From a virus (lineage: Duplodnaviria > Heunggongvirae > Uroviricota > Caudoviricetes), in the IMG/VR virus record IMGVR_UViG_2711768072_000007, positions 1-5,596 of that record: DNA of 5,596 nt; one strand, written 5' to 3'. The position numbers and the translations under genes were made by a program. How positions within the stretch are numbered: the first letter of the stretch is position 1; each line of letters opens with the position of its first letter. Below the pieces are notes generated by a model. The model was not told where the DNA came from. It did no database searches and saw only the letters and a program-made list of their open reading frames with translations. This document shows, in pieces, positions 1-5,596 of the stretch.

Positions 1-1
1 G

Positions 2-2029
2 AGTGAGTCACTGGCAGCCCTGGTGAATGCCGGTGTGCGTGGTGGTGAACAGTTTGATGCCATCAACCAGAGTGTCGCGCGTTTTGCTTCTGCATCCGGT
101 GTGGAGGTGGACAAGGTTGCAGAGGCTTTCGGAAAACTGACCACCGACCCTACGTCGGGGCTGATTGCGATGGCGCGCCAGTTCCGTAACGTGACGGCAG
201 AGCAGATTGCGTATGTTGCGCAGCTGCAGCGTTCCGGTGATGAGGCCGGGGCCTTACAGGCGGCGAACGATATCGCCACGAAAGGCTTTGATGAGCAGAC
301 CCGTCGCCTGAAAGAAAACATGGGGACACTGGAGACCTGGGCGGATAAAACCGGGAAGGCATTCAAATCGATGTGGGATGCCATTCTGGATATCGGTCGT
401 CCTGAGTCCTCAGCGGATATGCTCGCCAGTGCGCAGAAGGCATTTGATGAGGCGGATAAAAAATGGCAGTGGTACCAGAGCCGGAGCCAGCGCCGCGGTA
501 AAACCTCCTCTTTCCGGGCCAACCTTCAGGGCGCATGGAATGACCGGGAAAATGCCCGTCTGGGGCTGGCAGCGGTCACGCTGCAGTCGGATATGGAAAA
601 AGCCGGTGAACTGGCCGCCAGGGACCGGGCCGAACGGGACGCATCACAGCTGAAGTATACCGGAGAGGCGCAGAAGGCGTATGAGCGTCTGCTGACGCCG
701 CTGGAGAAATATACCGCCCGTCAGGAAGAACTGAATAAGGCACTGAAAGACGGAAAAATCCTGCAGGCAGATTACAACACGCTGATGGCGGCGGCGAAAA
801 AGGACTATGAAGCGACGCTGAAAAAGCCGAAACAGTCCGGCGTGAAGGTGTCTGCGGGCGATCGTCAGGAAGACAGTGCTCATGCTGCCCTGCTGACGCT
901 TCAGGCAGAACTCCGGATGCTGGAGAAGCATGCCGGAGCGAATGAGAAAATCAGCCAGCAGCGTCGCGATTTATGGAAAGCGGAAAATCAGTATGCGGTC
1001 CTGAAAGAGGCAGCCACGAAACGGCAGTTATCTGAGCAGGAAAAATCCCTGCTGACCCATGAGAAAGAGACGCTGGAGTACAAACGCCAGCTGGCTGAGC
1101 TGGGAGACAAAGTTGAACACCAGAAACGGCTGAATGAGCTGGCACAGCAGGCTGCGCGGTTTGAGCAGCAGCAGGGCGCGAAGCAGGCGGCCATCAGCGC
1201 AAAAGCCCGCGGCCTCACCGACCGTCAGGCGCAGCGGGAGTCGGAAGAGCAGCGCCTTCGTGACGTGTACGGTGATAATCCGGATGCGCTGGCGAAGGCC
1301 ACATCTGCACTGAAGAACACCTGGTCTGCGGAGGAGCAGCTTCGTGGAAGCTGGATGGCCGGTCTGAAGTCCGGCTGGGGCGAGTGGGCAGAAAGTGCGA
1401 CGGACAGTTTTTCGCAGGTTAAAAGCGTGGCCACGCAGACCTTTGACGGTATTGCACAGAATATGGCAGCGATGCTGACCGGCAGCGAACAGAACTGGCG
1501 TGGTTTCACCCGTTCTGTGCTCTCCATGCTGACAGAGATTTTTCTGAAGCAGGCAATGGTGGGGATTGTCGGGAGTATCGGCAGCGCCATTGGCGGTGCT
1601 TTCGGTGGTGGTGCGTCTGCCTCCACGGGGACGGCCATTCAGGCTGCGGCGGCGAACTTCCATTTCGCGACCGGGGGATTTACGGGGACGGGGGGTAAAT
1701 ATGAACCTGCGGGAATTGTTCATCGCGGGGAGTTTGTCTTCACGAAGGAGGCAACCAGCCGGATTGGCGTCGGCAACCTGTATCGTCTGATGCGCGGGTA
1801 TGCGGAAGGTGGTTATGTGGGCGGTGCCGGAAGTCCGGCGCAGATGCGGCGGACGGAAGGCATTAATTTTAATCAGAACAATCACGTGGTGATTCAGAAC
1901 GACGGCTCCAACGGACAGGCGGGGCCGCAGCTGATGAAGGCGGTGTATGACATGGCCCGCAAGGGGGCGCAGGATGAGATTCAGGCGCAGATGCGTGATG
2001 GCGGCGTCTTTTCCGGAGGCAGGCGATGA
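2..2029 (+). CDS. H: Tail tape measure protein (lambda gpH-like), C-terminal ~675 codons; 5' end lies upstream of the window
   Basis: Reading frame is open from window position 2 with no stop until TGA at 2027-2029; the ATG at 23 in the ORF track is an internal Met, not the start. Translation shows a long charged, coiled-coil-like Q/E/K/R/A-rich stretch, then a Gly/Ala-rich hydrophobic segment (MVGIVGSIGSAIGGAFGGGASASTGTAIQAAAANF), typical of tape measure proteins. It sits directly upstream of M-L-K-I-J with an ATGA stop/start overlap with M. Confidence 0.9.
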   Translation, partial: SESLAALVNAGVRGGEQFDAINQSVARFASASGVEVDKVAEAFGKLTTDPTSGLIAMARQFRNVTAEQIAYVAQLQRSGDEAGALQAANDIATKGFDEQTRRLKENMGTLETWADKTGKAFKSMWDAILDIGRPESSADMLASAQKAFDEADKKWQWYQSRSQRRGKTSSFRANLQGAWNDRENARLGLAAVTLQSDMEKAGELAARDRAERDASQLKYTGEAQKAYERLLTPLEKYTARQEELNKALKDGKILQADYNTLMAAAKKDYEATLKKPKQSGVKVSAGDRQEDSAHAALLTLQAELRMLEKHAGANEKISQQRRDLWKAENQYAVLKEAATKRQLSEQEKSLLTHEKETLEYKRQLAELGDKVEHQKRLNELAQQAARFEQQQGAKQAAISAKARGLTDRQAQRESEEQRLRDVYGDNPDALAKATSALKNTWSAEEQLRGSWMAGLKSGWGEWAESATDSFSQVKSVATQTFDGIAQNMAAMLTGSEQNWRGFTRSVLSMLTEIFLKQAMVGIVGSIGSAIGGAFGGGASASTGTAIQAAAANFHFATGGFTGTGGKYEPAGIVHRGEFVFTKEATSRIGVGNLYRLMRGYAEGGYVGGAGSPAQMRRTEGINFNQNNHVVIQNDGSNGQAGPQLMKAVYDMARKGAQDEIQAQMRDGGVFSGGRR

Positions 2030-2355
2030 AAACATTTCGCTGGAAAGTGAAGCCGGATATGGAGGTGAACTCGCAGCCATCGGTGCGTGAAGTGCGTTTT
2101 GGTGACGGGTATTCGCAGCGTATGGCGGCGGGGCTGAATGCTGACCTGAAAACATACCGTGTGACGCTTTCCGTGACCCGGGAGGAGGCCCGGCATCTGG
2201 AAGCGTTCCTGGCAGAGCACGGAGGCTGGAAGGCATTTTTGTGGAAGCCACCCTATGCATACCGGCAGATAAAGGTGACCTGTGCCGGGTGGTCTGCGCG
2301 GGTCGGGATGTTGCGCGTTGAGTTCAGCGCGGAGTTTAAGCAGGTGGTGAACTGA
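2026..2355 (+). CDS. M: Minor tail protein M (lambda gpM-like), 109 aa
   Basis: ORF 2026..2355 begins MKTFRWKVKP and ends SAEFKQVVN, closely matching lambda gpM as I recall it (109 aa, same length). Start overlaps the H stop (ATGA). Confidence 0.9.
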   Translation: MKTFRWKVKPDMEVNSQPSVREVRFGDGYSQRMAAGLNADLKTYRVTLSVTREEARHLEAFLAEHGGWKAFLWKPPYAYRQIKVTCAGWSARVGMLRVEFSAEFKQVVN

Positions 2356-3053
2356 TGCAGGATATTCACGAAGAAAGTCTGAACGAGTCGGTTAAATCAG
2401 AGCAGTCACCGCGGGTGGTACTCTGGGAAATCGACCTGACGGTACAGGGTGGTGAGCGGTATTTTTTCTGCAATGAGCTGAATGAAAAAGGGGAGCCGGT
2501 GACCTGGCAGGGGCGGCAATATCAGGCATACCCGATTGACGGCAGTGGCTTTGAGATGAACGGGAAGGGCAGCAGTGCCCGCCCGTCGCTGACGGTGTCG
2601 AATCTGTTCGGTCTGGTCACCGGGATGGCGGAGGACCTGCAGAGCCTGGTGGGGGCCACGGTGGTCCGCCGCCGGGTGTATGCCCGTTTTCTGGATGCGG
2701 TGAATTTTGTGGCGGGCAATCCGGAAGCGGACCCGGAGCAGGAGCTGAGCGACCGCTGGGTGGTGGAGCAGATGTCAGAGCTGACGGCCATGACGGCCTC
2801 GTTTGTGCTGGCAACACCGACGGAGACGGACGGAGCGCTGTTTCCTGGTCGCATCATGCTGGCGAACACCTGTATGTGGGATTACCGGGGAGATGAATGC
2901 GGGTATAACGGTCCTGCGGTGGCGGATGAGTTCGACAACCCCACCACGGATATCCGTAAGGACAGATGCAGCAAGTGCATGCGCGGGTGTGAGATGCGCG
3001 GCATGGTGGCTAATTTTGGCGGTTTCCTTTCCATTAACAAACTTTCGCAGTAA
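2355..3053 (+). CDS. L: Minor tail protein L (lambda gpL-like), 232 aa, with C-terminal cysteine cluster
   Basis: ORF 2355..3053; the ATG shares its A with the M stop codon (TGATG). Translation begins MQDIHEESLNE and ends FGGFLSINKLSQ, matching lambda gpL in length and termini; the C-terminal region carries several Cys (CMWDYRGDECGYNG...CSKCMRGCEM). Confidence 0.9.
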   Translation: MQDIHEESLNESVKSEQSPRVVLWEIDLTVQGGERYFFCNELNEKGEPVTWQGRQYQAYPIDGSGFEMNGKGSSARPSLTVSNLFGLVTGMAEDLQSLVGATVVRRRVYARFLDAVNFVAGNPEADPEQELSDRWVVEQMSELTAMTASFVLATPTETDGALFPGRIMLANTCMWDYRGDECGYNGPAVADEFDNPTTDIRKDRCSKCMRGCEMRGMVANFGGFLSINKLSQ

Positions 3054-3058
3054 ATCCA

Positions 3059-3802
3059 ATGACACAGACAGAATCAGCGATTCTGGCGCATGCCCGGCGG
3101 TGTGTGCCTGCGGAGTCGTGCGGCTTCGTGGTGAGAACGCCGGAGGGGGAGCGGTATATCCCTTGTGTGAATATCTCTGCAGAGCCGGAGGCGTATTTTC
3201 GTATTGCACCGGAAGACTGGCTGCGGGCAGAGATGCAGGGGGAGATTGTGGCGCTGGTTCACAGTCATCCCGGTGGTCTGCCCTGGCTGAGCGAGGCCGA
3301 CCGGCGGCTGCAGATAAAAAGTGCACTGTCCTGGTGGCTGGTCTGCCGGGGGGAAATTCATAAATTCCGCTGTGTGCCACATCTGACAGGACGGCGCTTT
3401 GAGCACGGGGTGACGGACTGTTACACGCTGTTCCGGGATGCCTACCATCTGGCGGGAATTGATATGCCGGATTTTGAGCGTGAGGATGACTGGTGGCGCA
3501 ACGGTCAGAACCTTTACCTGGACAATATGGAGGCGACTGGTTTTTACAGGATTTCCCTGCCTTCCGCACAGCCTGGCGATATCCTGCTGTGCTGCTTTGG
3601 CGCATCGGTGGCCAATCATGCCGCCATATACTGCGGCAACGGTGAGCTGCTTCACCATCTGCCTGAACAACTGAGTAAACGGGAGAGGTATTCCGAAAAA
3701 TGGCAACGACGAACGCATTCTGTCTGGCGTCACCGCCACTGGCACGCATCTGCCTTCACGGGGATTTACAACGATTTGGCCGCCGCCTCAGCCTGTATGT
3801 GA
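3059..3802 (+). CDS. K: Tail assembly protein K (lambda gpK-like), 247 aa; N-terminal JAB/MPN (JAMM) domain plus C-terminal NlpC/P60-like Cys/His domain
   Basis: ORF 3059..3802 starts 5 nt after the L stop. Translation contains a canonical JAMM motif HSHPGGLPWLSEAD (H-x-H-x7-S-x2-D), a downstream conserved Cys (GVTDCYTLFRDAYH) and His (NHAAIYCG). Overlaps the start of I by 103 nt in another frame, as in lambda K/I. Confidence 0.9.
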   Translation: MTQTESAILAHARRCVPAESCGFVVRTPEGERYIPCVNISAEPEAYFRIAPEDWLRAEMQGEIVALVHSHPGGLPWLSEADRRLQIKSALSWWLVCRGEIHKFRCVPHLTGRRFEHGVTDCYTLFRDAYHLAGIDMPDFEREDDWWRNGQNLYLDNMEATGFYRISLPSAQPGDILLCCFGASVANHAAIYCGNGELLHHLPEQLSKRERYSEKWQRRTHSVWRHRHWHASAFTGIYNDLAAASACM

Positions 3803-4380
3803 ACACGGCAGCGGAAGCCATTCGCGCCCTGTCGATGCAGATGCCGGGCTTTCGCCGTCAGATGAACGAAGGCTGGTACCAGATACGTATTGCCGGTGAT
3901 GACACGGCACCGGAGGCGGTGTACGCCCGTCTTCACGAACAGCTGGGTGAGGGAACGGTCATCCACATTGTGCCGCGACTGGCCGGGGCCGGAAAGGGTG
4001 GACTGCAGATTGTGCTGGGGGCGGCAGCCATCGTGGGCTCTTTCTTCACTGCCGGAGGCTCGATGGCGTTATGGGGTACAGCCCTGAGTGCCGGTGGTTT
4101 TTCTGCCACCACGATGCTGTTTTCACTGGGTGCCAGTATGATTCTGGGCGGTGTGGCCCAGATGCTGGCCCCGAAGGCAAAAACACCGGATTACCGCGCA
4201 ACGGATAACGGCAGACAGAACACGTATTTTTCGTCACTGGACAACATGATTGCCCAGGGTAACCCGATGCCGGTGCCTTACGGGGAAATGCTGGTTGGCT
4301 CCCGCCGTATATCCCAGGACATCAGCACCCGTGATGAAGGCGGGGGCGGAACGGTCGTGGTTATCGGGCGACAGGGATAA
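3700..4380 (+). CDS. I: Tail assembly protein I (lambda gpI-like), 226 aa; N-terminal ubiquitin-like fold, Gly/Ala-rich hydrophobic C-terminal half
   Basis: ORF 3700..4380; translation begins MATTNAFCLASPPLARICLHGDLQRFGRR and contains GAAAIVGSFFTAGGSMALWGTALSAGG and NTYFSSLDNMIAQGN, matching lambda gpI as I recall it. Position between K and J and the 103-nt overlap with K are as in lambda. Confidence 0.9.
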   Translation: MATTNAFCLASPPLARICLHGDLQRFGRRLSLYVNTAAEAIRALSMQMPGFRRQMNEGWYQIRIAGDDTAPEAVYARLHEQLGEGTVIHIVPRLAGAGKGGLQIVLGAAAIVGSFFTAGGSMALWGTALSAGGFSATTMLFSLGASMILGGVAQMLAPKAKTPDYRATDNGRQNTYFSSLDNMIAQGNPMPVPYGEMLVGSRRISQDISTRDEGGGGTVVVIGRQG

Positions 4381-4383
4381 AAC

Positions 4384-4418
4384 ATAAAAAAATCCCGCAG
4401 TGATCGCGGAGCTGCGGG
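4384..4418 (-). terminator. Intrinsic (Rho-independent) terminator-like hairpin oriented for the minus strand
   Basis: Plus strand reads A7 (4386-4392) T CCCGCAG (4394-4400) - 11-nt loop - CTGCGGG (4412-4418). On the minus strand this is a GC-rich 7-bp stem followed immediately by ATTTTTTT. On the plus strand the run is on the wrong side (A-tract upstream, no U-tract downstream), so it is not a terminator for I. Confidence 0.6.
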
Positions 4419-4483
4419 GACAGACAAATGAAGATCAATGTTAAGGAGTTGTTTTTGTTACTCGGGCAAAAAAACACTAACGC
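4386..4483 (-). ncRNA. Candidate small RNA (~100 nt) antisense to the tail operon, defined by the minus-strand promoter and terminator
   Basis: Interval bounded by the perfect TATAAT -10 (minus strand) and the hairpin plus U7 terminator (minus strand). A+T-rich; no convincing ORF on the minus strand within it. Predicted RNA (5' to 3', approximate ends): CGCUGCGUUAGUGUUUUUUUGCCCGAGUAACAAAAACAACUCCUUAACAUUGAUCUUCAUUUGUCUGUCCCCGCAGCUCCGCGAUCACUGCGGGAUUUUUUU. Purely a sequence-based prediction. Confidence 0.3.
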
Positions 4484-4489
4484 AGCGAA

Positions 4490-4519
4490 ATTATAAGCGC
4501 CACAGTCAGTGTGTGAAAA
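4490..4519 (-). promoter_or_regulatory. Candidate sigma70-type promoter on the minus strand (-35 TTTTCA, 18-nt spacer, -10 TATAAT)
   Basis: Minus-strand sequence attTTTTCAcacactgactgtggcgctTATAATttcgc. The -10 is a perfect consensus hexamer (plus coordinates 4495..4490); the -35 matches TTGACA at 4 of 6 (plus 4519..4514). Predicted start near plus coordinate 4483, reading leftwards toward the minus-strand terminator at 4384-4418. Confidence 0.3.
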
Positions 4520-4583
4520 TGTGAAGATATTCAGAATTTTTATGCCATTACCGGTTTTAACCAACAGGATTATCGGTGGGCAT

Positions 4584-4625
4584 GAAAGAAAACCCCGGTA
4601 TCTGCTGATACCGGGGTTTCTCTTT
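4584..4625. terminator. Bidirectional intrinsic terminator-like hairpin (perfect 10-bp stem, 4-nt loop, flanked by A-rich 5' and T-rich 3' tracts)
   Basis: GAAAGAAAA (4584-4592) CCCCGGTATC (4593-4602) TGCT GATACCGGGG (4607-4616) TTTCTCTTT (4617-4625). The stem is a perfect inverted repeat read directly from the sequence. The plus strand has a U-rich tail after the stem and the minus strand has UUUUCUUUC after it. Confidence 0.65.
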
Positions 4626-4722
4626 AGCATGGCAGAAATGTGTTTCATGCTTTTCGGGCGAAGGATATCCGACTTCTGTACGGAATGGCAAGTGGCGGTT
4701 AATTTATTCAGGGGAAGGCTGT

Positions 4723-5596
4723 ATGGGAAAAGGTGGCGGTAAGGCACACACGCCTCGTGAGGCGAAGGATAATCTCAAATCCACGCAGATGATGAGCGTG
4801 ATTGATGCGATTGGTGAGGGACCGATAGAAGGCCCGGTGAAAGGCCTGCAGAGTATTCTGGTGAACAAAACCCCGCTGACGGGCACGGACGGTAATCCCG
4901 TGATACACGGTGTGACGGCGGTCTGGCGCGCCGGGGAGCAGGAGCAGACACCACCTGAAGGCTTTGAGTCCTCCGGAGCTGAAACCGGACTGGGCGTGGA
5001 AGTGACGAAGGCAAAACCGGTGACGCGCACCATTACGTCCGCGAACATTGACCGCCTGCGGGTTACCTTCGGGGTGCAGTCACTGGTGGAGACCACCTCA
5101 AAGGGTGACCGTAACCCGGCATCCGTCCGCCTGCTGATTCAGTTACAGCGTAACGGTAACTGGGTGACAGAAAAGGACGTCACCATTAACGGCAAGACCA
5201 CCTCACAGTTCCTGGCCTCGGTGATTCTGGATAATCTGCCTCCCCGGCCCTTTAACATCCGGATGGTCAGGGAGACGGCGGACAGCACCACGGACCAGTT
5301 GCAGAACAGAACGCTCTGGTCATCGTACACTGAAATTATCGATGTGAAACAGTGCTACCCGAACACGGCCATTGTGGGGCTGCAGGTGGATGCGGAGCAG
5401 TTTGGCGGTCAGCAGATGACGGTGAACTACCATATCCGAGGTCGCATCATCCAGGTGCCGTCAAACTATGACCCGGAAAAACGCACGTACAGCGGCATCT
5501 GGGACGGCAGCCTGAAACCGGCATACAGCAACAACCCGGCCTGGTGCCTGTGGGACATGCTGACTCACCCGCGCTACGGCATGGGAAAACGTCTGG
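4723..5596 (+). CDS. J: Central tail fibre / host specificity protein J (lambda gpJ-like), N-terminal ~291 codons; continues beyond the window
   Basis: ATG at 4723 preceded by GGGGAAGG (4711-4718). Frame is open to the window end, which is why it is absent from the supplied ORF track. My translation begins MGKGGGKAHTPREAKDNLKSTQMMSVIDAIGEGPIEGPVKGLQS, very close to the lambda gpJ N-terminus as I recall it. Last complete codon ends at 5595. Confidence 0.9.
   Translation, partial: MGKGGGKAHTPREAKDNLKSTQMMSVIDAIGEGPIEGPVKGLQSILVNKTPLTGTDGNPVIHGVTAVWRAGEQEQTPPEGFESSGAETGLGVEVTKAKPVTRTITSANIDRLRVTFGVQSLVETTSKGDRNPASVRLLIQLQRNGNWVTEKDVTINGKTTSQFLASVILDNLPPRPFNIRMVRETADSTTDQLQNRTLWSSYTEIIDVKQCYPNTAIVGLQVDAEQFGGQQMTVNYHIRGRIIQVPSNYDPEKRTYSGIWDGSLKPAYSNNPAWCLWDMLTHPRYGMGKRL

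Noticed and set aside
23-25. ATG at 23 given as the start of the first ORF in the supplied track
   Set aside because: The frame is open back to the window edge and a lambda-like tape measure protein is about 850 aa, so the true start lies upstream of the window; 23 is an internal methionine.
1-2029. Programmed -1 frameshift site (lambda G/GT-type slippery sequence)
   Set aside because: In lambda-like phages that site lies in the chaperone genes upstream of the tape measure gene, outside this window; no slippery heptamer with a downstream structure was evident within H here.
1028-2260. 410-aa ORF on the minus strand antisense to H and M
   Set aside because: Shadow ORF in G+C-rich coding DNA; the plus-strand frame gives recognisable tape measure and gpM sequence, while the antisense translation is low-complexity (P/R/A/S-rich) with no recognisable domain.
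2775-3749. 324-aa and 223-aa minus-strand ORFs (2775..3749, 3074..3745) and 186-aa plus-strand ORF 2803..3363 overlapping L and K
   Set aside because: Alternative-frame or antisense ORFs within well-supported L and K; translations are Arg/Pro-rich junk typical of off-frame reads of high-GC genes.
4384-4418. Hairpin right after the I stop as a plus-strand terminator of the tail operon
   Set aside because: On the plus strand the A-tract is upstream and there is no U-tract downstream; the T-run follows the stem only on the minus strand, so it is oriented to stop leftward transcription.
4626-4722. Possible minus-strand promoter TTGCCA-18-TATCCT (plus coordinates about 4691..4662) just upstream of J
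   Set aside because: The -10 is poor and the transcript would run straight into the bidirectional terminator after only about 40-60 nt; weaker support than the TATAAT promoter at 4490-4519, so not called.
4361-4747. 128-aa minus-strand ORF and 77-aa plus-strand ORF (4509..4742) covering the I-J gap
   Set aside because: Both run straight through the terminator hairpins and into the J start and I end; neither has a convincing ribosome-binding site, and the composition is A+T-rich non-coding-like. The compact micro-ORF and sRNA hypotheses explain the region better.
1-5596. CRISPR arrays, tRNA or rRNA genes, transposase or integrase, direct or tandem repeats
   Set aside because: No regularly spaced direct repeats, no cloverleaf-like conserved tRNA motifs and no recombinase-like ORFs were seen; the window is filled by the tail genes plus the one intergenic insertion.

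Overview
This 5.6 kb window is a contiguous piece of a lambda-like (siphovirus-type) tail morphogenesis module, most likely from an enterobacterial prophage. All six genes are on the + strand in the canonical order H (tape measure, 5'-truncated by the window edge) - M - L - K - I - J (central tail fibre/host specificity protein, 3'-truncated). Gene order, protein lengths (M 109 aa, L 232 aa, K 247 aa, I 226 aa), the stop/start overlaps and the 103-nt K/I overlap all match the phage lambda layout as I recall it. The one part not explained by the canonical module is the I-J intergenic region (4381-4722, about 340 nt, against roughly 60 nt in lambda by my memory). It is visibly A+T-rich (about 38% G+C by hand count over 4421-4520, against about 60% in flanking coding sequence). 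It contains two intrinsic-terminator-like hairpins: one oriented for the minus strand just after the I stop, and one bidirectional. It also has a reasonable sigma70-like promoter on the minus strand and a micro-ORF on the plus strand. I interpret this as a moron-type insertion that may encode a small RNA of about 100 nt antisense to the tail operon; this is inference from sequence and needs expression data. I see no CRISPR array, tRNA, rRNA, transposase or integrase in the window. No homology search was possible; protein identifications rest on my recall of lambda tail proteins and on motifs read directly from the ORF translations.
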